This document shows positions 1 to 10,700 of a stretch of DNA of 35,681 nt, piece after piece. Under the pieces are notes generated by a model. The model was not told the DNA's origin and made no database searches. It worked only from the letters and a program-made list of their open reading frames with translations. Where the stretch lies: NCBI GenBank assembly GCA_043821645.1, contig JBDRCO010000139.1, forward strand, positions 1 through 35,681, given 5' to 3'. Position 1 is the first letter of the stretch. Each line of letters starts with the position of its first letter. The DNA comes from Pseudomonadota bacterium (GTDB taxonomy: Bacteria; Myxococcota; JACRCW01; JAFGSX01). The position numbers and the translations under genes were made by a program.

Positions 1-140
1 ACAACCTCGTCCACAGGTGCCGTGAGCTGCGGGCGCAGCCCGAGGTCATCTTCGGGCACACGCTCTTCGATTGGTGGGCGCACGCGGCCGGGGCAGAGCG
101 CGATGCGGCGTAATGGGATCAGTCAGTGAGATTCCGTATA
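1..140 (+). mobile_element. Right end of an IS630-family insertion sequence (transposase C-terminus ending at TAA 111-113, then the putative right end and TA target)
   Basis: Frame 3 reads NLVHRCRELRAQPEVIFGHTLFDWWAHAAGAERDAA*, resembling the RC..L...PE.I...TLF.WW tail of IS630 transposases. It is followed ~25 bp later by ATTCCGTATA and then AT-rich sequence; IS630 elements insert at TA. Truncated by the window edge. Confidence 0.6.
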
Positions 141-219
141 AAAGGAGGCACTCCCGAAAACGTTTTTCTGATCATTTTCTTGTCGTCAGTGCAGATGCAA
201 AGAAGTTTCTCATGGACGG

Positions 220-1734
220 CTAATGATCAAGGCACACGACGCCGACATTGTTAAAAAGAATGGCAGTAGATAGCTTGTGTGGCCAGGCCGCTGCCCGCTC
301 ACAGTATGCCTTTGCGACCTCAATATCTTCTGTGGTGCAATCTGCAAATGCATACCCTGATACTTCTCTGATTAAGTTGATCTTGGACCAATCTGAATGA
401 AAAGCCGAGATATTCATGTCTCCCGTAGCCGTTCGAATCGGCAAGGGATAGCCCCAGTGCCCACCTATCACGGCCAGCTTCATGCTGGACGAAAAACTTG
501 GCTGGCTTTCAAGTTTCACCACAATCCTGTTCGCCATCTCTCGATCCCGCATATTGACGCGAAGCTGATCAAACCAGACGCTGTTGTTGATTCCCGCAAA
601 ACAAAACAGCACGAGCGTCAGCAACACGAGGAGACCTTTTTGTGCTTTCTCTCTGAGTAGGAGATACACCATGGCGGCGGTCCCGGCCCAAAACACACTG
701 ACAGCAGATAGAGTTCGCGGAACGGGCCACCAAACCACCAACGGCAAAGTGATGCCGAGAATCATGAGGAAGGCCATCCCGATCAGGATGATCACCCCGA
801 AAGCGCCCAGGGCGCTTGCGGGTGCATTTCTCTTCCAGAATCTTCCGATGACCAGAATCAATCCAGTGACCAGTAGTCCGCCAAATATGACTTTGAGCGC
901 CACGGGCATGAGCGGCTCGTCGCGCCCAAGAATGAGCCAAAATGTATCCAAAACCTCCCGGAATCGGTTGGCGAGATCCCCCAAACCACCTATCTGGGTT
1001 CGACCTTCAAGAGGTTCTGGAAAGAAATATAAACTCACCCGGAATATGGTCCAGTAACAGGCCATGGAGACCACGATGATTGAAAGACGAAAAACGAGCC
1101 TGACGTCTTGCAGGGAGTCCTTCCAGGTTCGAACAGGCTCGCCAGCTCCCGGCGGAATGACCCGAAAGATCAACATGAAGATCAGAGTCATGAGCACATA
1201 ATTCAAGACCAGCTGGTACAGCGAAAGGGCTGCGACCAACAGACCAACGGCCACCACGCCTCGCACCATTCCGTGACCCGCGTGATGCATGGCCACGAAG
1301 CTCAATAACAGCGAGACGGCCATGAAAAAACTGAACTCTCCGAACGTGAAGATATCCGCTTGGTAGGGATGCGTGGCGATGATGCTCATGACAGAGACCA
1401 TCAAACACGAATTTCTTGTGATACCCCACAATCTGCAAATGATGATTCCAACAAATAGAAAGCAGACCAATGCGACCGCCACATACAGGGTTCCAGGTAA
1501 TGGCCCGACCAGCCCCACGGCCTCAAACAGGTTGCGCAGAATCAGCTGGCCAAATCGTCCTTGGCTCAGTGGCGTGGGTGGCAATCCCGGACGAAGGATT
1601 CGGACGTAGGTATCGCTCGCATAGGCAAAGGGGAACAGAGCCGCCCCCTTGGCGATCAGAGAAATGGCACCGGCGATGAGAAACGCCTGGGCTTCCGACC
1701 TGGAAAGCTTGAAGATGGCCGGGAGCTGCAACAC
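220..1734 (-). CDS. GtrII-like multi-pass membrane glycosyltransferase (GT-C type)
   Basis: 504 aa with about 10-11 hydrophobic helices, GRF, HPY, SLYQ and PR motifs, and a soluble C-terminal domain (D.E.ANRI, ISAF...WSK). Start codon uncertain (TTG at 1734, GGAG upstream). Confidence 0.65.
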   Translation of the reverse strand: MLQLPAIFKLSRSEAQAFLIAGAISLIAKGAALFPFAYASDTYVRILRPGLPPTPLSQGRFGQLILRNLFEAVGLVGPLPGTLYVAVALVCFLFVGIIICRLWGITRNSCLMVSVMSIIATHPYQADIFTFGEFSFFMAVSLLLSFVAMHHAGHGMVRGVVAVGLLVAALSLYQLVLNYVLMTLIFMLIFRVIPPGAGEPVRTWKDSLQDVRLVFRLSIIVVSMACYWTIFRVSLYFFPEPLEGRTQIGGLGDLANRFREVLDTFWLILGRDEPLMPVALKVIFGGLLVTGLILVIGRFWKRNAPASALGAFGVIILIGMAFLMILGITLPLVVWWPVPRTLSAVSVFWAGTAAMVYLLLREKAQKGLLVLLTLVLFCFAGINNSVWFDQLRVNMRDREMANRIVVKLESQPSFSSSMKLAVIGGHWGYPLPIRTATGDMNISAFHSDWSKINLIREVSGYAFADCTTEDIEVAKAYCERAAAWPHKLSTAILFNNVGVVCLDH

Positions 1735-2327
1735 TCACATCTCCCGAGCTCGCGTGAAACAGCCAGGGATTGATCCGACAGTCCGTCGAGCCCGACAGAA
1801 ATGATCTGTAGCCGCGCTCACGCGATCGAGGCCCTGCCGTTGCCAGCGCCGATCCGGCGAAGGTCGCCTCATGGATTGCCTGGCAGCGGCTTCACGATGG
1901 AATTCAGGACCCGCTTCTCCACCTGCCGGAGGCTTCCTGCTCGGGCAGAGCCATTCCCAGTGTGCCTCCACGGGTGTCCTTTCATCGCGGGTGGCAGGAG
2001 ACCCCTTTGCGGTGTTCCGTTCATCCGATGGCCTGCTCCCCGCGCCTGAACACGCATCGAAAGAAATGCACCGTGAGACCCAGCTTCTTTGCCCTCGCCT
2101 GTGACAACAATAACCCGGAAACTTCACAAGTTCATCTCGGAATTGCTCCCGCAAAAACCGGCCAAGGGGCACAGTGCGCCATCTCCGCTCCAGGCTCCAG
2201 CTCCGCCGCTTCTGTGGTTCACCCAGGCCCTGCTGCCATCACCGGCGCGGTGTGCGGAGTCGGATCACGAGGAGCGTGTACCCGATCTTGACCGGCTCGC
2301 CGGCCTTTATCAACCGGCCTCGCCGCG

Positions 2328-4301
2328 TCACTTCGCCTCGGCCTTGGGCGCAGCGACGTTTCCGTCCGCGGCGGAGGCGAGGTCCGTGCGTTGCCACACG
2401 CGGACATAGTCGATCGCGTAATCGGCCGGCAGCTGCGCATCGTCCACCGCGTTGTTGTCCCAACCGCCCGTGGTCATCTCGATGATGAGATACACCGACA
2501 CGTTGGAGACGCGCGGACTCTCCCAACGCCAGAACTCCCTGCCGTTGGCGTAGAAGGCGACGACGCCGGGCGTCCACAACAGGCCGCAGGTGATGAAGCC
2601 ATCCTTGTCGGCCTGGACGTAGTTGGTCGCCGAACCGACCCCCTTGTGCTCCTGGCCGTAGCCGTCGAAGTGCAGGGCGACGTTGTAGCGATAGGGACCC
2701 CAGCGGGTCAGGTGCTCCATGATGTCCAGTTCCATGGCGCCGTGGCCGGTGTCGGTGCGCTGTTGCCAGGTGCCGGCAGCAGGGCCGCGATCGGGCAAAA
2801 TCCAGAACGTAGGCCACAGACCTGGCGCCCGCGGGAGCTTCACCCTCGCCTCAAAATAGCCGTAGCGCTGCACCCATTTGCCATAGGTGTCGAGATACCC
2901 GCACGCATAGTCGGACTGCGTGAGCCCGGTCAGGTTGTGCGGAGTCGCATCCGGATCGTCGTTGTGGAAGCCGCGCTTCTTCTCGAATCGCAGCGTCGCC
3001 ACGCCGCCACCGAGAATCAAATTGTCCTTGCTCCAGTGACTGGCGCGGTCCCAATAGTTGGGGCCGTAAACGTTCCATGTCGTGTGGTCGATGGCGGCGC
3101 CGTCGAACTCGTCGTCGAGGGTCTTGACCCACGCGCCCTCGACCGGCGGGCGCTGGCCGAGCCAGGCGGGAAGGATGGCCTCAGGCGCCGCGGCCGTGAC
3201 CGATTCGATCCGCATGGCCGCCTCGCCCTGGTGCCGGACCACGATCTGCACGGCGCTGGCCGCATCGCTGGTGAACTCGGTGCCCGTGCCAGGTTCGCTG
3301 CCAAAGCCCCCTGCTCGGGTCACGGCAACGCCCTTGCCTGGTACAGCGGGAATGAACGAGACCGCCATCTCGCGCTCGCTGCCCGGAGCCACGGAATCGG
3401 CCGTCACGAGGTCGGTCGGTCCGCCATTGCTTGCCAGCTGAACGCTCGGCACCCACGGCGTGCGGCCCGTGTTCTTCAGCTTGACGCGGACTTCCGTCGC
3501 CAGGGTCAGGTCCCAGCGACCAACCGGCGGCTTCAGCGACAGCGAGTGCTCCCCCGGGCCGGCTACAAAGACGACGTCGAGCGACTGCCGGCCATTTGCA
3601 CCCGCAACAACCGATGCTTTGGCGCCGACGGTCTCGATCTGCGTCGCCGCGTCGATCGACACGCCCGGGCCGAGCAGGACGCCATCCTTGGGCTGGATGC
3701 GTAGGGAGGCTGGATCCACCGGCGGTTTCTCGCCCGCCGGACCGCCGGCGACCAGAGATTCGACCCGGAACGACTTCAGGGCATCGGCCTTGTCGCTGAA
3801 CAGGACAATGTTCACGACCGCGTCCGGTTTCAGGGCATAGCCGGGCTTGTGGCCATTCTGATGCCCGAAAATCACCGTGATGCTGCCGCGCTCTCCCGGC
3901 TTGAGGTGGACCTGCTCGACGTTCCAGGGCGCGGCGTGCCCGTCGTCCTCGTTGTCGACACGGAGGGCGAACAGGGACGCCGTGGCGCCGGTATTGACCA
4001 CGCGTGCCTCGACATGCCCGAAAGCGGAGAGATCCCAGGCCTTGCCCTTCGGCTTGAGGTTGACGCCGGGATGGGCCGCCGCGCCCGCCTGTATGGTGAT
4101 CACGAGCCCCGGGGCCGCCGCTTCCGCGCTCGGGGCCACGGTGACCTGCCCGTCGACTCCCCCAAAGGGCGATACGCGAAAATCGCGCGCATGGGTCCAG
4201 TCCGGGAGTTCTTTCGCCGGGCTGTCGACACACGCCCCTGAAACGATCGCAGCGCCCGGAATCAACAGCAGCGCACACAGGACGACTCGCGAAACGCTCA
4301 T
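2328..4301 (-). CDS. Secreted glycoside hydrolase family 16 with two N-terminal CBM-like domains
   Basis: GH16 motifs DEFDG, YGYFEARVKLP..PGLWPTFW, catalytic ELDIMEH, WTP and IDYVRVWQ. Signal peptide after ATG 4301, with AAGGA upstream. Confidence 0.9.
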   Translation of the reverse strand: MSVSRVVLCALLLIPGAAIVSGACVDSPAKELPDWTHARDFRVSPFGGVDGQVTVAPSAEAAAPGLVITIQAGAAAHPGVNLKPKGKAWDLSAFGHVEARVVNTGATASLFALRVDNEDDGHAAPWNVEQVHLKPGERGSITVIFGHQNGHKPGYALKPDAVVNIVLFSDKADALKSFRVESLVAGGPAGEKPPVDPASLRIQPKDGVLLGPGVSIDAATQIETVGAKASVVAGANGRQSLDVVFVAGPGEHSLSLKPPVGRWDLTLATEVRVKLKNTGRTPWVPSVQLASNGGPTDLVTADSVAPGSEREMAVSFIPAVPGKGVAVTRAGGFGSEPGTGTEFTSDAASAVQIVVRHQGEAAMRIESVTAAAPEAILPAWLGQRPPVEGAWVKTLDDEFDGAAIDHTTWNVYGPNYWDRASHWSKDNLILGGGVATLRFEKKRGFHNDDPDATPHNLTGLTQSDYACGYLDTYGKWVQRYGYFEARVKLPRAPGLWPTFWILPDRGPAAGTWQQRTDTGHGAMELDIMEHLTRWGPYRYNVALHFDGYGQEHKGVGSATNYVQADKDGFITCGLLWTPGVVAFYANGREFWRWESPRVSNVSVYLIIEMTTGGWDNNAVDDAQLPADYAIDYVRVWQRTDLASAADGNVAAPKAEAK

Positions 4302-5270
4302 CCGTGGTCCTTCTGTCCGGGATTCCTCAGCGGACCTCGGCCCGGTGCACGGCCGCACGACCTGGCAGCGTGCTGCTGCATGTCCATCGCGATCACTCCG
4401 TCCGCGTTGATATCACAGCACGGACGTCACCTGCCGGCAGGCGGCGTGTGGGCTCCAGGATGACCCTGGTCCGCTTGGCGCTCAACCGGGTCACGCCCCG
4501 CGGGGCTGCCGACACATGCGGCTCGGCCCCCTGCGCCGGGCGACGACCTGGGGCATTTTCTGAGTTTAGGGGCGCATCGCAGGGCATGCACGGTGCGCTT
4601 CCCAACAGGTGCCGCTCAAACACTTATCCAAAATATCAACGTGTTATAGATCTTCAAACAGGGCCAGCCGGTTGTCATCCAGGCGGGGTACGCAGCACTG
4701 TTCGGTGCGATCCGTGTGTCGCTTGACCTGCGTCGACGTCGTGACCTGGTTGATGTGTACTTCGTTGGCGGGCGGGTTTGGCGAGAACCAGGCATGAGCG
4801 AGCTCAGGGACTCGATGCGAACAGGCAGCAGGTTGCCACCGGCGTGAGGGGTCCGCGTTTCAGCACAGCGATAGTTCGTCATCGCGTAGCGAAGAACCGC
4901 TGGCCGACGGCGATGATTGCTCGAGGGAGCCCCGCAACGATGGCCTGGACCACCAGCAGCTGAATCCATGGCTGCTCGCACTAACGCACGCCCCATATTG
5001 CAGTCATTCAGAGTCGGCGGCGAGCTGCGTAGCTGACAGTGGATGTGGCGAGAGAACAAACTGCATGGTTCGTGGCCCGGTTTGGCTCTGTTTGTGAAGT
5101 CTGTTTGGCTCTGTCCCTGAAGTCTGAAGTTTCTGTTGCAGCGCATCGAGTGACCCGCTCGAGGGTGCCATCCCGGCCCGGCCCGTTCCCGCGCCACCCT
5201 CCGCCCCACTCCCCCATTGGTGAGGCGGCGCTCGAGGAACAGGCCAAGCAGGTGCCCGTTCCTTGTGGGG

Positions 5271-7754
5271 TCAGTAGCCGATGGCGCGTGACCGCTTGCG
5301 CACCGCCAACAGGATTCCCCCGATGAGGAACAAAGCAGTGTTCGGGACGCCGTTCCCGTTGGCAGAACACGAGCAGCCACCCGCTTCGTCGGGCTGCTCT
5401 TGCTGTGCTACCGGGGCACCGCTGCAGGCCCGGCCCACGCCGTCGCTGGCCTGCTGGTCGCTGTTGGGCACCAGGGGGCAGTTGTCGTCGACGTCAGGGA
5501 CGCCATCCCCGTCGGTGTCCAGCGGCGGCAACGCGGGCTCGCAGGCGTCGCCTGTGCCATCGCCATCCGCGTCTTCCTGGTCGGGATTGGCGATGCCGGG
5601 GCAGTTGTCGGCGGCATCAGCGACACCGTCGTCATCGCCATCGCTCTCGGAGGTGCACACGTCGCCGACACCATCGGCGTTGCCGTCGCTCTGATCGGCA
5701 TTGGCGACGCCGGGACAGTTGTCACAGGCATCACCCACGCCATCCTGATCCGAGTCGGCTCCACTGTCGGCGATGCTCGGGCACAGGTCACAGGCATCGG
5801 GCAGACCATCGGCGTCGCCATCTGCGTCGCTGGTCGTGGCCAGGCCAGGGCAGGGATCGCAGGCGTCGCCGCGCTGATCGCCGTCACTGTCCTCTTGCCC
5901 GGGGTTGTCCACCGTCGGGCAGTTGTCCACGTCGTCCAGGATCCCGTCGGTATCGGATTCGAAGACCTGAAAGGCTCCGATGTCGCAGCCCACGCCCGAG
6001 GCCGGGCGCGCGGAGCCACGTTGATCGGCCGTCACCAGGGCCCCGTCCTGATCCACGCAGGTGCCCGCATGCAGCGCCGGACTTCCCTGCTCGAGCGCCA
6101 CGGTGGGCGTCGACCCGCCGTGATCGCCAAAGTCGCCCAGCCCCGGGGTGCCGCTCAGGACATCGCTCGGGTCACCGGTGCAGCCACCCTGGCTGTCGAA
6201 GAGATTGAAGCCCTGGGAGTCCACACCACCGCCGTAGCCAGAACAGTCCGGGTGAACCGTCGACACATTGTCGACGATGATGCTGCCTCGCGGCGCGATG
6301 GTCCCGTACAGCGAGAACACGCCACCCGCGATCGCCTGGCCGTCCTCGGCCTGGGTCAGGATGGTCCCGGCAGCTCCCTTGACTCCCGCCGTCGCCACGT
6401 TGGCGACGATGGTCACATGGTCCAGGGTCACGAAGCCCGAGTGATCGAAGATCGCGCCACCCAGGCCAGCGCCACCCCCACCCGCAGCACCGTCGAGCGA
6501 GTTCGACAGACCTCCCGCGCCGCCACCAAAGCCGGCGTTGGGGCAGTAGTTCCTGCTGGCCGGGTCGCAGACGGGCTGGCGGGTACTGCAGGCGCCCGAG
6601 CCAGCCCCGCCACCGCCAAAGCCTCCCCTGCCACCGTGGTTGGGCCATTCGCAGGTGCCACCGCCGCCGCCGCCGCCGCCGAGATGGCCACCACGACCAC
6701 CACCGCTGCTGCCACCGCCTCCGCCAAGGCCTCCGCCCATGCCCCCCGGGTTGTAGGACAAATAATTGTCGGGGTTGGCCAGGCCGCCCGGCCCGCCGGG
6801 TCCTCCCCGCGCCTCGTTGCCGGTCAGGGTCGAGGTGGACAGGCGTACCTGTCCGTTGTCGTTGTAGATGGCGCCGCCGGCGCCCGCCGCTCCGCCACCG
6901 CCGCCTCCACCAAGGACGGCCCCGCTGCTGCCAGCGCCACCTGCGCCGCCCACGGCGAGGTTGTCAAAGAAGCTGCAGCCGCGCGCGGCGAAGAAGCCGC
7001 TGTTGAAGATCGCGCCGCCCGCACCGGGCCCCTTGACCCTGGAATCATGCGCTTCACTGCAGATACCCTCGAAGCACACCTCGTCCGTGATGCCGTCAGA
7101 TCCCAGGGCCACGTTGTCCCGGGCCACGACGTCGATGAGCGCCAGGTTGCCCTGGTTGAAAATGGCGCCGCCTCCCGTGAGGGCGCGCCCGCCGCGCAGG
7201 GTGAGGTCGCGGATCTCGACGCTGTGGGTGGCCAGGACGTGGACGATGCGATCGTTCCCGGCTCCATCGAGGATGGTCACGCTCGCCCCGAGCCCCCGGA
7301 TCTCGAGGTCACCAGCGATATCCAGATCGCCGAAGGCGTTCTCGTTGTCTCCCCCACTGGGCTGGCACACCTCCACCAGTTCCGGGTCGGGGAAGCACAG
7401 ATCAGGGTTGCGCCGGCTGAGCGTGTAGGTCCCCTCGCCGAGCAGGATGACATCGCGGACGCCCGTCTCTCCTGCGGTGCAGCCCCCCAGGGCCCTGTCG
7501 GCGTTCGCCGAGTCCACCGCTTCGCGCAGCGAACAGCCTGTGTCCGGGCCAGGTGCGAAGCGACAGTACGATCCCTGGACGCGGGATTCGCAGACCGCAT
7601 CGTCCTCGCAAAAGAAGTCTGGCCCCTGCGAGCACATCCCACGCCACGAGTTCTCGTCCGCAAAGGTCGTCACGGTGATCTCGGCGGCGTGCACCGAGGC
7701 TGTCGACAGCAGGGCCGCGACGAGCACGAGAATCGATCCAGATAGTGTTCTCAT
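5271..7754 (-). CDS. Cell-surface protein: CSLREA domain, Gly-rich beta-helix-like region, thrombospondin type 3 repeats, MYXO-CTERM
   Basis: Signal peptide, GCSLREAV motif, GGAIFN/GGAIYN repeats, choice-of-anchor-Q-like DQRG..RP....CDIGAF, repeated DNCP...N..Q.D.DGD..GDAC, and a C-terminal GGCSC + hydrophobic helix + RKRSR. Confidence 0.85.
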   Translation of the reverse strand: MRTLSGSILVLVAALLSTASVHAAEITVTTFADENSWRGMCSQGPDFFCEDDAVCESRVQGSYCRFAPGPDTGCSLREAVDSANADRALGGCTAGETGVRDVILLGEGTYTLSRRNPDLCFPDPELVEVCQPSGGDNENAFGDLDIAGDLEIRGLGASVTILDGAGNDRIVHVLATHSVEIRDLTLRGGRALTGGGAIFNQGNLALIDVVARDNVALGSDGITDEVCFEGICSEAHDSRVKGPGAGGAIFNSGFFAARGCSFFDNLAVGGAGGAGSSGAVLGGGGGGGAAGAGGAIYNDNGQVRLSTSTLTGNEARGGPGGPGGLANPDNYLSYNPGGMGGGLGGGGGSSGGGRGGHLGGGGGGGGTCEWPNHGGRGGFGGGGAGSGACSTRQPVCDPASRNYCPNAGFGGGAGGLSNSLDGAAGGGGAGLGGAIFDHSGFVTLDHVTIVANVATAGVKGAAGTILTQAEDGQAIAGGVFSLYGTIAPRGSIIVDNVSTVHPDCSGYGGGVDSQGFNLFDSQGGCTGDPSDVLSGTPGLGDFGDHGGSTPTVALEQGSPALHAGTCVDQDGALVTADQRGSARPASGVGCDIGAFQVFESDTDGILDDVDNCPTVDNPGQEDSDGDQRGDACDPCPGLATTSDADGDADGLPDACDLCPSIADSGADSDQDGVGDACDNCPGVANADQSDGNADGVGDVCTSESDGDDDGVADAADNCPGIANPDQEDADGDGTGDACEPALPPLDTDGDGVPDVDDNCPLVPNSDQQASDGVGRACSGAPVAQQEQPDEAGGCSCSANGNGVPNTALFLIGGILLAVRKRSRAIGY
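5430..5960 (-). repeat. Tandem thrombospondin type 3 (Ca-binding) repeats within the CSLREA protein
   Basis: About six D(N/P/L)CP units with DxDGD..GDAC linkers in the translation. Confidence 0.85.
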
Positions 7755-7768
7755 GGTTCTTCCTGGCG

Positions 7769-10700
7769 CTAGCGCGCGACCGAGACGTAGTCGAGGCGCA
7801 GCAGGATGTCGTCGATGTTCTCGAGCACCAGGCCGTCGTCCTGGGGTGTTCTGGAGATCAGCGCCGCCGGGATGAACAGCGCGTACTCGCCATACAGGCC
7901 GCGGGCGGCCAGCTCCGAGGTCGAGCCATTGGCGTAGGCATCGCGCTCGAACTCAGCGCGATCGACGTTGAAGTAGGCTTGCATCCGGGCGCGGCTGCGC
8001 TCATCCGAGCGGCCCACACCCAGCGCTGAGCCGAAGGCGGGGTCCACCTCGTCGGGTTCCCGGAACAGGTTGCGCGAGGGCCGCACCGACGCAGTCTGGA
8101 AGGACGCCTCGTGGGGCGCACACCACTGACTGAAGAAGGTGTTGGACTTGAGCAGATCGATGCGCACGAAAGTGGGGGTGTCGCCCCGGGTCAGGGATGA
8201 GCCAAGGATGCTCGCATTGACGTTCCACAGGCGCTCGGCGCAGTCGCTGGAGGCGAACACCGGGACACCCTGGACCTCGCCCAGACCGAAGGCCGCCAGC
8301 GGTGCCAGCGAGAAGGGAATGCTCTGCCCCACGTAGGCCCCGCTGTCGTCGTACTGGGCAAAGCGCTGCGAGCGCAGCACCATGCGGAAGCGCTCGACAT
8401 CGGTGAGGCGGTGCCAGCCCACGGGCTGGGTCTGCGAGAGGTCACCGAGCTGCAGCAGGTTCTTGCGCAGGCTGAGCACGACCTTAAGATCCGAGGGACG
8501 GTTGCCACCGATGCCACGGGTGGCCGTGATGGTGCGCAGATCGTCGGCCACGGCATCGAGCTCCTCGGGGGTCTCCGCCGCCAGCACACGGGCCTCTTCT
8601 TGCCGGCTCTCCTGGAACTCGTACGCCACGGCGCGAACCGCCAGGTACAGGATGCGCCGGGCAATGCGCAGCTTGCGCTGGTAGGTGTCCACCTTCTCGT
8701 CGAACCAGAAGTCGTTGGACGGCGGCCGCACCTGGCGCGCCGCGGCGATCTTGAGCGCTGCGCGGCCCGCATCGTGGGCGGTCTGTGCCGAGGACTTGTC
8801 CTGCTCGAATTTGTACAGGGCCACGTTCATGTCCGAGATGGCCTTCTGCACGCGCAGCGAGGCGGTGCGCACCCCCACCAGGAACAGCTCCGCGTCGTTG
8901 AAGCACAGCTGCTCGTCCACCTCGTTTTGCAGGTTCAGCATCAGCGCCTCGTGCGAGGCCTCGGCATTGGCCATCTCGGCCTCGATATCGATGCTCTCTG
9001 CTTCCGTGAAGCCCCCGGCCAGTCCGGCTCCCACCGCCACCCCGGCTGCCAGCAAGCTTGTGGGCCCGCCCGCCAGCGTCGCGGCAGCGTCCTCGAAGGC
9101 ATCGAGGAAGGCTGTGGCCTGGTCGGCCTTGGCCTTCTGCGTGCGGAGCGCCGCCATGGTCTGGTTGTGCTGCGCGAGCGCAGACTCCATCGCGTCGTTG
9201 CCGACCTGCTGGATGATGCAGGAGCGAATGGCCACGTCGTAGGAGTCCTGCAAATCCGTCATCTCGGAGCGGGCGATGTCCAGATCCGTGACCACACCCT
9301 TCAGCTCGAGGGCGGATTCGCCGAGGCCACCGTTGTAGCAGGCGCGGTCCGTCAGGGGCTGCCCGGGCAGGTCCGCGACCCGCGGCAGCTGCTCCCGGGC
9401 CCGCGGGAACTGCCGTTGACAGGTGGTCCGCGCCTCTTCGAGCAAGGCCACGGGTGTCTGCTCCATCCCCTGGAAGGCCTGAAACACGCTCGGGGGCACG
9501 GGCACGCTGCGGCAACCCGGCCCGTCGGGGTTTCTGGTACACGCGCAGCGGGCATCGTCGGGGTTGGCAGCGCAGTAGACACAGGCCGCCGCCACGACAC
9601 CTTGACCCGTGAGGGCGGCGCCTGCGCAGCCCGTCCACAGAGCGGCGTCGAGCAGCGCCACGTCGTCGAGAGCACCGGCAGCGTCCAGGGCGACACCGGC
9701 GGTGAAGTCGACGATTCGCTCGCTCAGGCGCGGGCTCCACTGGCACGACATGCAGGGACCGGGCACACCCTCCGGGCACTCGGCGGGGAAGGTGGGGTTG
9801 CTGCAGCCCGCGATCTCGTCGCTGACGCCCTCGTAGGCGGGGTCCAGGAAGCCTATCCCCTGGGCCGTACGCGTGCGCAGCTCGCGGACCACGCAGAACT
9901 GGTACTGCAGGTCGTCGAGCTGCATCGCCTGCTCGTAGGCCTCGACGGGCACCTGACAGCTCGGGTCCGAGGACAGGATGAAGCAGTTGTTGGCCGAGAA
10001 GCGGGACGGCCAGTGCTCCAGGACGTCCAGGGGATCGACGCCGGCCGGAAGACCGCAGTAGCCGATCACCTGATCACCGAAGGTGCGGCGGATCTGATCG
10101 AGACGATCGGCCAGCTGGGCGTCATCGAGCGCTTGCTCGAACTGCCGCTGCTGCAGCGCCAGGCCCGCTTCCTGCGCGGCCACACGTGCATCCTTGGCCT
10201 GCTGCACGGCCACGCGCCCGAAGGCCGAGATCGAACCCGGGGCCCCCAGCAGGAAGTCCGAGATCGCGGTGAAGCGGCTGGTGGCCGTGCTCTCGTCGCC
10301 AAAGAAGTACAGCGGCAGATCGCTGTCAGCGATGCCCAGGGGGTTGCGACCGAGCTCGGCGTCGCGCGCGGCCCGCAGCAGGGCGCGCAGGGTCCCGTCG
10401 TAGGTGCGCTCGCTCCCCACGTAGCGTTCGAGCCAGCGCGCCGGGGGCAGGCCCTGCTCCGCTGCGTGGCGCTGGGCCTGGGCCACAAGCCCGGCCGCGA
10501 TGGCACGCACCGGAGCCTCGGTCCGCAGGAACTGCGCCAGCGCGTCGCGCACCCGCGCCAGGGTCACCGGCGGGCAATCCACCGGGCAGCGCTGGGCGCG
10601 GAGCATCAGCTCGCGCAGCAGGCTGGCCTGGGCATCCAGGGTCTCGAGCAGCAGAGGAGCAAGTCCTGCCTGCGCGTCGGGGCCGCTGTCCTTGAGGGCC

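Noticed and set aside
1735-2230. Possible riboswitch or leader RNA upstream of the GtrII-like gene
   Set aside because: No recognisable aptamer consensus; the short ORFs here lack coding character.
2239-2331. Short frame VTRRGRLIKAGEPVKIGYTLLVIR overlapping the GH16 stop, reminiscent of an FHA-domain C-terminus
   Set aside because: Only 30 codons and no FHA core motifs (GR, S..H, NG).
4624-4632. TTATCCAAA, a near DnaA box
   Set aside because: Single mismatched copy with no origin-type context.
4360-5270. Long non-coding gap; ORF 4616-5380(-) has faint echoes of a RAYT/Y1 transposase tail (AVLRYAMTNYR, WMTTGW)
   Set aside because: No HUH motif seen, poor codon bias, and the similarity is too weak to support without a search.
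5430-5960. Periodic repeats as a possible CRISPR array
   Set aside because: Degenerate protein-coding TSP3 repeats; no identical repeat-spacer structure and no cas genes.
6650-6730. (CCG)n-like trinucleotide run
   Set aside because: It simply encodes poly-Gly within the CSLREA protein; not an array or contingency locus.
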